NCBI RefSeq assembly: GCF_036365525.1
Contig: NC_090378.1
Span: 45,941,505 to 46,005,504 of the forward strand
Length of the DNA: 64,000 nt
Direction: 5' to 3'
Source of the DNA: Heterodontus francisci
Lineage: Eukaryota
Below are positions 37,795 to 50,088 of the stretch, piece after piece. Under the pieces are notes generated by a model. The model searched no databases. It was given only the letters and a program-made list of their open reading frames with translations, and was not told the DNA's origin. Positions within the stretch are counted from its first letter, which is position 1. Each line of letters starts with the position of its first letter. The position numbers and the translations under genes were made by a program.

Positions 37795-39612
37795 TGTTAC
37801 AGTGCAGAAGAAGGCCCATGGTATCTGCACTGGCTCTCTGAATTAGCAGTTCACCTGGTGCCACTTCCCTGCCTCCCCCTTGTAATCCTGCGCATTCTTC
37901 CTTTTCATATAACTGTCTAATTCCCTTTTAATGCTTCAATTGAACCTGCCTCCACTACACTCGTTCACAATCTGCCACCTGTCCGCCCATTCCACCAACT
38001 TGTCTCTGTCCTTTTGAAGTTATACGCTATCGTCCTGCAGTTCACAATGCTTTCAAGTTTCGTATCATCCGCAAACTTTGAAATTGTGCCCTGTACACCA
38101 AGGTTTAGGTCATTAATATATATCAGGAACAGAAGGGGTCCCAGCACTGACCCCTGGGGAACTCCACTACAAACCTTCCTCCATCCTGAAAAATGTCCAT
38201 TACCCACTACTCTTTGTTTTCTGTCACTCAGCCAATTCGGTATCCATGTTGCTACTGTCCCATTTATTCCATGAGCTGTAACTTTGCTCATACGTCTGTT
38301 GTGTGGCACTGTATCAAACACCTTTTGGAATTACATGTACACCAAATCAACTGCATTACCCTCATCAGCCGTCTCTGTTACCTCTTCAAAAAGAAACTCC
38401 AGCAAGTAAGTTAAACATGATTGTCCCTTAAGAAATCCATGCTGGCTTTCTTTAATTAACCCGCATTTGTCCATGTGATAATTAATTTTGTCCTGAATTA
38501 ATCTTTCTAGAAGTTTCCCCACCATCGAAGTTAAACCACCTGGCCTATAGCTGCTGGACTTATCTTTACACCCTTTTTTGAACAAGGGTGTAATGTTTGC
38601 AATTGTCCAGTCCTCTGGCACCACTCCGAGTCTAAGGAAGACTGAAAAATTATGGCCAGTGCCTCTGCAATTTCCGCTCTCACTTTCCTTAGTATCCTTG
38701 CATGCATCTCATCTGGTCCTGGTGCCTTATTCACTTTGAAGTACAGACAACCTATCCAACACCTCCTTATCAATTTTAAACCCTTCTAGTGTTTGAATGA
38801 TCTCCTCTTTCACCATTGCCTGGTTTGCATTTCTTCCTTGGTAAAGACGATGAAAAGTATTTATTTGATACCTTAGCTCTGCTCTCTGCCTCCATATGCA
38901 AATCCCTTAGTTGGTCCCTAATCAGCCCCACTGCTCCTCTTACCACCGTTTTACTATATATATGTCAAGAGAAAACTTTGGGATTCCTTTTTATGTTAGC
39001 TTCAAGCCACTGTCCATTCTCTCTCTTTGCTTTTCTTATTTGCTTTTTCACTTACTCTCTGAACCTTTTATATTCAGCCAAGCTCTCAATAGTATTCTCT
39101 ACCTGGCATCTGTCATAAGCACACTTTTTCTTCTTTATCTTAATCTCTATTTTGTCATCCAGGGAGCTCTGGATTTGTTTGCCATACCTTTCCCCTTTGA
39201 GGGAACATATCTTGACTGTGCCTTAACTATCTCTTCCTAACCATTTTTCCTGCCAACCTTTGACTCCAATTTGTTTGTCCCAGATCCTTTCTTAGCCCCT
39301 TGAAGCTGGCTTTCCCCCAATTGATTATTCTTACTCTGGATGGTTCTTTGTCCTTTTCCATAGTCAGCCTAAACCTTATGATACAATGATCACTGTCCCC
39401 TAAATGTTCTCCCACTGATACTTGATCCACTTGGCCCACCTCATTCCCAAGAACCAGGTCTAGCAGTGCCTCCTTTCTTGTTGGACTGGAATCATACTGC
39501 TGTAGAAGATTTTTCTGAACACACTCTAGGAACTCTTGCCCCTCACTGCCCTTTACACTACTACTATCCCAGTCTATGTTTGGATAATTAGAGTCCCCCA
39601 TTATAACTACCT
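37795..39612 (-). mobile_element. Internally deleted CR1 inserted into the Gypsy integrase
   Basis: GDSNYPNIDW, KAPGPD, QHGF, GVPQGSVLGP, FADD. The integrase resumes at about 39665 (LDNFLFSYRVTPQSTTG). Confidence 0.9.
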
Positions 39613-40699
39613 GATTTGCTAGGTGACAAGCTAGGTACTAATGTCCATGTTTTTCTTCGACACAGGCTAGACAATTTTCTGTTCTCTTACAGAGTAACTC
39701 CACAGTCTACAACAGGTTGCTCACTTTACCAGTTAATGTTAAAACACAAAGTTCAGTTTGTTTAAGCCTGACGTGAATAGGAAAGTAAGAGAAAAGCAAG
39801 ACAGAGTGAAAATGAGTCATGATACACAAGGCATGAAACTTAGAGAGTTCAGTAGTGGTTAGTAGGTCATGGCGATAAACCACAGAGGTGATAGGTTGTT
39901 GGGAGTGGTTGTAAAAAGTCTAGGTGCATTCACATATGCAGTGAGGATTGGAGAGAGACTCTGGTCAATGTCATGCAGATCATTTGCTTGATACAGGAAA
40001 TCTGACAGGAGGAGAGTATGTGAAACCTCCTATAGTCCAAGTTCCTACAGTCCCAAATGAAAGTCAGAATGAAAGTGAAAGTCACAAAGAAACTGAAAGT
40101 TTACCAGTATCTCAGGATCCAGCAGTAGAGCAAAGTGAGTCAGGGTCTTTGATTAAGACTAATCAATCAATTTCACAGTCGCAACCATTAAATGGAGTTG
40201 GTAGTCAAAGTCAAAGTTCAGAGTCGACAGTCTGAGATGTTGGGAGAGCAGAGTCAAGCTAATGGAAATGGAAGAGGAGACCCAGACAGAAAGAGAAAGA
40301 AGCCAGATAGGTTAATTGAAAATATGTAGGAAGGAAGAAATAAGTTGTTCCTTTCATTATTTTTTTGTCAAATTATGATATTTTTGTTAAAGACATACTG
40401 GTGTAAAGGAAAAACTTTTCTTAACATGTAAATTACTCTGGAAATATTGGTTATATATGTTTTAGTTGTGATTACAGTCACAAGCATGCAACCCAACCTG
40501 TTAAATATCAGGTATTTATGGGAAATAATGCACCTGTTCCATTTTATATTTTAATGTATAATTTTTTTTAAAGTAGGGTGCGAGTGTGGTTTATTTAATC
40601 GCTGAGCATTTTGTATACTGCCCTCTCTGCTGCCCTTTCTGTTGGGGAGGTGTAAATAAAGTTTGTTGGACAAAAGCTACTTACACTGAGAGACTTCAT

Positions 40700-41380
40700 G
40701 GGTTGGATTTTACATCGGACAGAAGGGAGCTGGCCACCGACGTAAAAATTGGTGGCGAACCCGCTTCCGCCTAGCCTGGGGATCCATCCTGTATTTTACG
40801 GGTCCCCAGGCTTTAATCGTTCCGAGTTGGGACTTCCACCCGCTTGAGGGAGGAAGTCCCTTCTCATTGAGCTGCTGGCCAATCATCGGGCCGGTAGTTC
40901 TTAGTCCCAGCAGCGCCATCTGGAGCGGTGGCCACTGACGGGACTGCAGCCCAGCCGAGGACATGGAGCTAGGATGGCAGGTAAGTTTGGGTTGCCTCGC
41001 CAGGGATAATCAGTCGTGCCCTAGTGAGGCACGGGTGCCCGATTGTCAGGGCCCCACCCCTCGGGGGCGCGGAGAGGCCGATGGCTTTCACCGGGCGGCC
41101 TTTCCCGGCTCCAGGATGTCCGCTTGCTAGGGCAAAAATCTCTGTGAAGGCGAGCGACGGCCCTTAAGTGGCCGTTAATCGGTGACGTAAGGACCTTCAT
41201 TAGCCTGAGGCGGGTGGCCCATTTTCTGCCCCCCCCCCCCCACTCTATGTAAAGTAGGGCGGAAGCGGAAGAGGGCCAGGAAAGCCTCCCAGAGCCTCCC
41301 ACTCCATTTTACGTCACCACACCTCCCCCCCCAACCACCCCCAGCCATCCAGCTCGCTGGGGTGGCGTAAAATTCAGGTC
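40700..41380. mobile_element. PIF/Harbinger-type MITE inside the Gypsy 3' LTR
   Basis: Imperfect TIRs GGGTTGGATTTTAC / GTAAAATTCAGGTC and 3-bp TSD CAT. Removing it restores collinearity with the 5' LTR. Confidence 0.8.
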
Positions 41381-41411
41381 CATGTTAGACTAACTCAGTG
41401 AATACACAACA

Positions 41412-41630
41412 TTATCTATGGTGTCCTGGCCAATATTTATTCCTCAATCAACATCACAAAAACAGATGATCTGGTCATTATCACATTGCTGTTTGTGGGA
41501 GTTTGCTGTGTGCAAATTGGCAGCCGGGATTCCTACATTCAACAGTGACTACACGTCATTGGCTGTAAAGCACTTTGAGACTTTTGGTGGTCATGAAAAC
41601 CGCTATATCAATGCAAGTCTTTCTTTTCTC
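41412..41630 (+). mobile_element. 3' half of the SacSINE1-like Deu-SINE
   Basis: ggtgtcctggccaatatttattcctcaa..gtgcaaattggcagcc..gctgtaaagcactttg..cgctatatcaatgcaagtctttc. Confidence 0.8.
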
Positions 41631-42958
41631 TTCTCCAAATTTTGTCCGACTGTATTTCTATGCCTTCAGCCCTACGTGCCAGTGCACATCTTCTGCTCTT
41701 CTGACTGTGGCTTCCTAAGCATCCCACCTTTTTTCGCTTTAGTAGCAGAGCTTTCAACTGTCTTAATCTTATATTCTGGCATTCTCTCCCCAAGTCACTC
41801 TGTCTTTCCATCCCTCTCTGCACATTCAAAAGCCTTCTCAAAATCTATCTCTTTAAACCATATCCTTACTACTCCTATTACCACTCACCACCTGTTTTGA
41901 CCTATGCACTTAGAAAAGTTTATGTTAAAGACGCTATATAACTAAACCATGCTGCAGTTTGGTCCTAAACACTAATTATTGGAACCTGACTTTCATACGC
42001 CTTGTTGTTTTTCTGCAAAAGAAAACTGCTGAAGTATTGTTTACTTTGTACTGCCACCATAATGTCCATGTTCTATTCATAACAGTCTACAAATTTACTG
42101 TTCCTTGTGTTGGCAAAGTATTATTATCCTGTTTATTGATATTGCTTTATTTGTTAAAAATTGTTTAAAAAGATTGAAAATGCTCACCTCTGTTGTGGTA
42201 ACAAGGCTCTCCAATCGTTTTTAATTTACTTCTCTAGCTTACACTGGCCCTTCTCTGTTCCATTTTGGATACAATGTGAAAGCATTAAGCACTGTTTAGT
42301 TACATCAGTCAAATACACTTCAGAGCTTCATTACCCAGTGGCTGGATGTAGAGCAGCATTTGACAGCCCTGATGACCTCGTCAGTTAGGGAGCAGTAAAG
42401 GGCACAAGACTAAATATAAAAGGAGAGAAAACTATAAAGGCAATTGGCCGTAAATTGGATTCAGCCTTTCAGTGTAGATCTGCAAACCATCATTTAACTA
42501 GTTATCAATTAATGCCATCAGCTTCTTCATTTCTGCTGTGTGATTTGAAAATATACTTTGAAGAACTTTTATGTTTTTAACTATCACAAAGTATTTGCAC
42601 TTTAAAAACAGGCCATCCATGTGAAGAGATCCAGGCGCAGTTGTTACTTTTTCAATGTAGCCAATAATTTACTTTAGCTGTTCAGAAATGGAAGAAATTG
42701 TGCTTCATTGAAAACAAAAGACAGAAATACCATTTGTACATTGAAGAAATAATTGACAATTGTGAACTGCTAACCCAAAACCAAAAATCATGTTTTATTC
42801 CACACTGTTGCATACTGTATGTTAGAGTTAAATGCAAACCCTAAATGGTCTGTTTTGCATATGTCACAAAGATTGACTCGTCAAGTGATTTGAATATATA
42901 TTATTTTGTACTGAATTGTTTTGTTCGTCATTAATGTATTTATATTTCTTTGATGCAG

Positions 42959-42979
42959 CCATGGTCACAGAGCTGACAG
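42959..42979 (+). CDS. MAST2: MAST2 21-nt microexon, giving AR-SHGHRAD-RTDGRRW
   Basis: tgcag|CCATGGTCACAGAGCTGACAG|gtaaca; phase 2-2 fits both flanking exons; resembles the SHGHRTDR/SHSHRADR insert I recall from mammalian MAST2 isoforms. Confidence 0.82.
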
Positions 42980-43013
42980 GTAACACTCAAATAGGTGTTG
43001 CTGTCATATTTAT

Positions 43014-43066
43014 TGCATGTTCTGGAGCTGGACTTTGGATGTTTGTGCACGCGCTTTGCTTGCATG
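43014..43066 (+). promoter_or_regulatory. Two RBFOX TGCATG motifs downstream of the microexon
   Basis: TGCATG at 43014-43019 and 43061-43066, within 90 nt of the donor. Confidence 0.65.
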
Positions 43067-44449
43067 AAAATGCAATAAAGTGCTGGAGCAAAATGTTTCA
43101 CTTTTATGTTACATGTGTATAGAATGGTGCACATACTATAATTTATTTGACACACGGGGGAAAATGCTGACAGAAGCAGGAGTGACTAAAGCTGCAACTG
43201 ATAGAAAGTGTGGTTTCTTGAAGAATCCACTCTATTGAAGCCACTGGATCTGCAGCTACATTTGTATTAATGAATGCCAAGCTCCTTTTGCGCTTCCTAT
43301 GCTGACCTGTGTAGATTTAATGCCGCTTTAATAGTGCTTGCTCAGCATTCTGATACTTTTTGTCACAAAAGCATCAACTCCCAATGGCTAACTTCCCTGT
43401 GTCTGTTTTATTTAATAAAGTTCTGTCATTTATTCTTCTCATAATGCTTTTGTAAAATTTTGTCTGACAAATTTTATCATTGAAGTGTTTTGTGACTTGC
43501 CCTTGGCTTTTAAGTAATTTACAATTGAAACAAAAAACGTCATAGAAGCAAGATGTACCATTAAATGAACAGGTTCCCATCCAAATGGCAAAACCCTTGA
43601 GACCAGTATTTTTCATGTTCTTGTGACATTCCTGCATCCATCCCTGTTCTATAAGGATCACATTAAGGAAGTTCTCTGTTCCTCTTGTCAGAAACATTCT
43701 TCTCTATGACACTAGGAAAAATTATTAGTCATTATTTTTAGCAATCCAGTCCTTTTATGTTATTTTGTTGTATTTAGTATGTTCTGTCTTTTTTTACAAA
43801 AAGTTGTATATAATTAGAGGTCAGTAGATGCTAAACTTTACAAGGTTGTTCAAATTTAGTCCTGAATGTATTTTTTATTTTTGTTTTCAAATCTGGTGAA
43901 GTCTTGTATTGATTCAGTTTGCTGCCTTCCTCTGTTTATTTTTGTTCCCAGTTGATGTTGGCACTCAGCATTAAGATCAGTGCTACTTGTCATGGACTCT
44001 TCCCAGTAGCTGAAACTTTCAAACGCGGATCGTCACACCCACCACTTTATTGTCACCAACATAAGTTTAAAAAATCTGTTTTTATTATATAGGGTTCTAG
44101 AAATTTTACCAGATTTTAGGGAATCACATTCGGGGCACTGCTTTTTATTGGTCATCCCTTAATTCCCAGTGCAGAGATTTTGTGTCACAAAGAGAACAAA
44201 GCATCATTTGCTACAGTTCAAAAATGGTTCAGAACCACATCATTACATTCTACATTGGTTCAGAACTCCTCAGAGTCCTTGGGAGTTTCCTCTTGTCTTG
44301 GCCTGATAAGTGATGAAGTTTCTTCAAAATATCATCTCTTTATATCTCTCCAGCACAAATTCCACTGTTATAGTTCACACACAGACTAAATCTAGGATAT
44401 TGCTCAGTCAGAAAAATCTCTTCCCCCAGAAGAAGAATCCAGTAATCAT

Positions 44450-45705
44450 AGAATATTACAGTACAGAAAGAGGCATTCTGCCCATCGTGTTCGTGCCAGC
44501 TCTCTGCAAGAACAAGTCAGCTAGTCCCACTTCCCAGCTGTTACCCGTAGCCCTGCACAATTTTTTCTTCAGGTGTTTATCCAATTCTCTTTTGAAAGCC
44601 ACTGTTGAATATGCCTCAGGCAGTGCATTCCAGATCCTAACCACTCGCTGCGTAAAAATGTTTTTCCTCATGTCGCAGTTGGTTCTTTGCCATTCACCTT
44701 ATACCAGTGTCCTTTGGTTCTCGACCCCTCTGCCAATGGGAACAATTTCTCTCTAGCTGCTCTGTCCAGACACATCATGATTTTGAACACCTCTATCAAA
44801 TCTCCTCTCAAGCTTCTCTCCTTTAAGGAGAACAGACCCAGCTTCTCCAACCTATCCACGTTACTGAAGTCCCTCATCCCTGGAACCATTCTCGTAAATC
44901 TTTTCTAAAGCCTTCACATCCTTCCTAGAGTGTGGTGCTTAGAACTGGACATAGTGCTCCAGTTGAGGCCAAACCAGTGTTTTATTAAGGTTCATCATAA
45001 CTTCCCATAAAATCCAGGATCCCATATACCTTTTTAACCATTTTCTCAACCTGCTCTGCCATCTTCAACAATTTGCGCACATATACCCCTAGGTCTCTCT
45101 GTTCCTGCACCTCATTGAGAATTGTATCCCTTATTTTATATTGCATCTCCTTGTTCTTCCTATCAAAATATATCACCTCATACTTCTCTGCATTAAATTT
45201 CATCTGCCATGTGTCCGTCCATTCAACGAGCCTTTATATGTCCTCTTGGAGTCTATCACTATTCTCCTCACAGGTCACAGTACTTCCAAATTTTGTGTCA
45301 TTTGCAAATGTTGAGTTGTGCCCTGTGCACCCAAATCTAGGTCATTAATATATATTGAAAAATGCAGTGATTCTAACACTAACCCCTGGGGAACCCCATT
45401 GTTTACCTTTCTCTAGTCTGAAAAACAACTTCACCATGACTGTCTTTTTCCTGTCACTTAGCTAACTTTGATTCCATGCTTCCACTGCCCGTTTTATCCT
45501 ATGAGCTTCAATTTTGCTGGCAAACCTGTTATGTGGCACTTTATCAAACGCCTTCTGGATGTCCATGTATGACACATCAACTGCATTACTATCATCAACC
45601 CTTTCTGTTATCTCATCAAAAAACTCAGTCATGTTAGTTAAACATGATTTTCCTTTAACAAAACCATGCTGGCTTTCCTTAATTAATCCACAATTGTCCA
45701 AGTGA
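44450..45705 (-). mobile_element. CR1 3' portion
   Basis: SQHGFVKGKSCLTN, KAFDKVPH, RGDLIEVFKIM, FTQRVVRIWNALP. Confidence 0.9.
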
Positions 45706-46049
45706 CAAGTTAGATAATTGGGGCACATATGCACACTGCTGGGGCACCAGGGTGCTGGTCTAGTGACCCACTTATAAGTCAATGGATTTATATAAATCTG
45801 ATGTAACTAAATACAAAATTTTGGAAAGAGAAGTTCTTAGAGGAAAGGAATATAATAAAATAAATGTCTGATTATACACCACAATGACTTTGATACAGAA
45901 ATGGACTCGACTGAATGCAATTTACAAACCTACAAATAAAGAACAGCAAATGACCAACAGCTCTGTCAAGCCTGTTGCGCCCCAATATAGTGTGGGCTAC
46001 ACTGACACACCCCCACCCTCTTCTCCCGCCGACCCCACCCCTTGCTCTC

Positions 46050-48540
46050 CCCTCCAGTCTCATTATCTCCTGGGAAAAGCAAAAAAAATCATTTGATCAA
46101 CTTATGGAAAAATTTTGGGGGACTTCTTTCTCGAGAGAGAGAGTTGGAATTTAAAAGCCAGAACAGTTGTACAGAGACTTGGTCACACCCCACCTGGAAT
46201 ATCACGTTCAGTTTTGGACACCGAACCTCAGGAAAGATCTATTGGCCTTTTGACGGGCTTACAGTGCAGATTCACGAGAATGATGTTAGGGCTTAAAGGG
46301 TTAAATTAAGAGGACCGTTGCCTAAACTTGGCTTGCGTTTCCATGAGTTGAGAAGATTGAGGGGCGATATCCCAGAGGCATTTAAAATGACTAGGATATT
46401 CGATAGGGCAGATGCAAGGAAACTATTTCATTCAGTAGGGGTATCCAGAATAAGAGGAAATTAGAGCTAAGCCATTTAGGAGTGAAATCGGGAAGCATTT
46501 TTCTACACAAGGGGTGGTGGAAATCTGGAACTCACTTGCCCATAAAGCTGTTCATGCTGGATAAATTAGAATTTTCAAGAGGAGATTGATAGATTTTTGT
46601 TGGGTAAGGGTATCAAGGGATGTCGATCAAGCACGGGTGAATGGAGTTGACATACAGGTCAGTCACGATTAACTGAGTGGTGCAACAGGCTTGAGAAGCT
46701 GAGCGGCCTAATCCTATTCCCATTCCCATATTTTACCATGTGCTCTTTTGACCTGGGAGACATATACATAAGCATGGTTTTTCAATGACCCCATTTTTCA
46801 TCCATGCTGCAATTATCTTCATCCAGTTGTATTGCCAAGTCAACCTTACTCCAGCCGTCTGTCATTTTGTAACCTAGCATTACATTGTCAATTAGTCCTA
46901 GCATTACATTGTCAGACATATTAGCTTGGTTGATCAGGTTAAATCCAATGATGTTAAGGGCACTGTGGCCTAGCTACTCTCTCAAATGGTGGTCTCCTTA
47001 CCTATGGGGGGGATATACTTGCCTTAGAGGGCATGCAACAAAAGGTCAGCAGACTGATTCCTGGGATGAGGATATTCTCCTATGAAGAGAGATTGAGTAG
47101 ACTATACCTATATTCCCTCGAGTTTAGAAGAATGAGAGATGATTTCACAAGAACATAAGAAATAGGAGCAGGAGTAGGCCATTTGGCCCCTCGAGCCTGC
47201 TCCGCCGTTCAATACGATCATGGCTGGTCTGATAGTGGCCTCAACTCCACTTTCCTACCTGCTGCCCATAACCCTTGATTCCCTGGTAGATCAACAATCT
47301 GTCTAACTCAGCGGTGAATATATTCAATGATCCATGCTCCACTGCTCTCTGGGTAGAGAATTTCAAAGATTAGTGACCCTTTGAGAGAAGAAATTCTGTC
47401 TTAAATGGGAGACCTCTAATTTGAAACTGTGCCCCTGGTTCTAGATTCCCCCACAAGGGAAAACATCCTTTCAGCATCTACCCTGTCAAGGCCCCTCAGA
47501 ATCTTACATGTTTCAATAATATCACCTCTCATTCTTCTAAACTCCAATGTGTATAGGTCCAGCCTGCTTAACCTTTCCTCATAGGACAACCCCTTCATCC
47601 CAGGAATCAACCTGGTGAACCTTCTATGAAACTGCTTTCAATGCAAGTATATCCCTCCTTAAATAAGGAGACCAAGACTGTATGCAGACTCTAGGTGTGA
47701 TCTCACCAAAGCTCTGTACAGTTGTAGCAAGACTTCCCTACTTTTATACTCCATCCTCCTTGCAATACATGCCAACATTCCATTTGCCGCCTTAATTTCT
47801 TGCTGTACCTGTATGCTAACTTTTTGTGATTCATGTACAAGGACACCCAGATCCCTCTGTACCGTGGCATTCCACAGTCTCTGTCCATGTAAATAATATC
47901 CTGCTTTTCTATTCTTCCTACGATGGTAGATAACTTCACATTTTCTCACATTATACTCCATCTGCCAAATTTTTGCCCACTCACTTAGCCATGAGAAATT
48001 TCTTCACTTAAAGGGTTGTGAACCTCTGGAATTCTCTGCTTCAGAGAGCTGTGGATGCTCAGTTGAGTATATTCGAGGTCAGAGATCGACGGATTTTTGG
48101 ATACTAAGGGAATCAAGGGATATGGGGTTAGTGCAGGGAGGTGCAGCTGAGGTAGAAGATGAACCACAATCCTCTTGAATAGCAGAGCAATCTCCTATTT
48201 TTTATGTTCTTGCGAATACAATCTTGGAAAGATAGATATACATATCGACATGATTTGCAGCTGTTTTTTTCCCCTTACAATTAAAAGAACTCTTAAATCT
48301 AACTCGCATCTTTTTTACGCAATGAATGGTTACAATCTGGAATGTACTTCCTGAAAGTGTGGTAGAGACAGATTCAATTTTGGCTTTCAAAAGGGAATTG
48401 GATAAGCACCTGAAGGGAAAGAATTTCCAGGTCTATGGGGAGAGTGAGTAGCTAAATTGCTCTTGCAGAGAACCAACATGGATTTGATGGGCCAAATGAC
48501 CTCCTTCTGTGCTCTTAGCATTCTCGGATTCTATTATTCT
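46050..48540. mobile_element. Cluster of CR1 3' fragments in both orientations (47150-47985 is on the minus strand)
   Basis: QRDLGVLVHES..LYRALVRSHLE and RGDIIETCKIL peptides, several CR1 tails. Confidence 0.8.
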
Positions 48541-49746
48541 GTTGCCCTTTTAATTTGTGCCCCCTGCTTTGTTCTGATGGGCCTTTGGAGGTATATTACA
48601 GCTAACAGTGATCAATTTTGGGCCAATAGCTTGATTCAGATTGTCTCAGCAGACCTATATAATCTCTCATTAAGTCACCACTAACAAACAGAGTCACATC
48701 CCCTCCTTTTTGTCCTATTCTGCCCTTTAGTAATCCCTTTAACTGGAATTCTACTCCATCCTTTGCATCTAATTATATCTCTGAAAACTGCCATCGATTG
48801 CTGCAAGATGTGGAGGATTGTGGGGGAGGAGTTACCCCAACTATTTGTTCTGAGCCCTAGCACATGCCCAGGTGACCTCGAAGCAAAATCACTGTTTCGC
48901 TTGAAACCTTCTGTAACTGATGGGCACTGCAGGACATTATCTGTCTCATCAATTGCAAGCATAAATCTACGCATACATTTTTGATTTGACTGGGCAGCTT
49001 TTGTATTCGTGGTGCCCTTCTCTTGGCTGGTTGTGATGGGGGCTACTTCGAGTGGTATTTGTTCTTCTGGCATTGGGCTCATGTCCAGTGCTACTCTGGC
49101 CCAGCTGCAAATTAGGACCATATTACAGAGATATCTATAAGATCTAATTTTTCCAGAGGTGCCCTATGACTGTAATTCTAACGTTTTATTTCTAATGCTT
49201 CTAGCATTTACAGTAAGCATTTTGAGGTCCCTAGTAACTCGCTACTTATGAACCCTCTTCTCTTTGTTCCATTCCTTATCGTGAAATATATTTGAGACTT
49301 TAGTACTGGCAACAGCATGTGCAGCTCTGCTGTTCTTCAAAGAGCAGGTCTTTTATAAATGAGTGACTTTGAACAGATGGCAACACAGTATTAAGGAACA
49401 TAAACAAACCAGGCGGAACCCATACCCACCTCTTATGCTGTGATGGCATGCAAATCTAGGAAACCTCATAATTCTCTCCGCTCAGCACTTTGTGTGCAGC
49501 CATCTGTAGGAGAAGATCAAATAAAGCAAATCTATGCACAAAATAATATTGCGTTAATACCACTGGCCTCCCTTTGAGGTAGTTAGTTGATTTGCAGCTG
49601 TTTTTTCCCCTTACAATTAAAAGAACTCTTAAATCTAACTCACATCTTTAATAGTCGTGATTCATAATCCAGTAAAACTCACTTGGAAATCATAGGAACC
49701 AGTCCATTTTACTTGGTATGGATTGTAAATAACAATGGGAAGGCGG

Positions 49747-49821
49747 TGGCTTAGTGGTATTATCACTGGACTAGTAACCCAGAGACCCAGGGTATTTCTC
49801 TGGGGACATGGGTTCGAATCC
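49747..49821 (+). promoter_or_regulatory. Type 2 RNA polymerase III internal promoter
   Basis: A box TGGCTTAGTGG at 49747-49757; consensus B box GGTTCGAATCC at 49811-49821. Confidence 0.8.
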
Positions 49822-50088
49822 CACCACAGCAGAAGGTGGAATTTGAATTTAATTAATAAATCTGGAATTAAAAGCTAGTCTATGATGGCCATGAAACCAT
49901 TGTCGATTGTTGTAAAAACCCATCTGGTTCACTAATGTCCTTTAGGGAAGGAAATCTGCTGTCCTTACCTGGTCTGGCCAACATGTGACTCCAGACCCAC
50001 AGCAATGTGGTTAACTCTTACATGCTCTCTGAAATGTCCTCGCAAGCCACTCAGTTGTACCTAACCGCTACGAAGTTAATAAAAAGTA

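Larger units (their letters stand above)
31981..41411 (+). mobile_element. Internally deleted Gypsy LTR retrotransposon with about 143-bp LTRs and 5-bp TSD TTATC
   Basis: 5' LTR 31981-32123; 3' LTR 40585-41411, interrupted. TTATC at 31976-31980 and 41412-41416. PBS-like TGGTGAGGAG, gag relic (MGEFNPNKED at about 36605), integrase PWERVHVDF..PPYHPASNGVAERSVQ. Confidence 0.9.

Noticed and set aside
48681-49121. 146-aa minus-strand ORF, possibly a CR1 ORF1 esterase remnant
   Set aside because: Too degenerate to assign by eye.
49740-49830. Functional tRNA gene
   Set aside because: The A-B spacing is expanded, there is no clean cloverleaf or T-run terminator, and it is fused to a retroelement.
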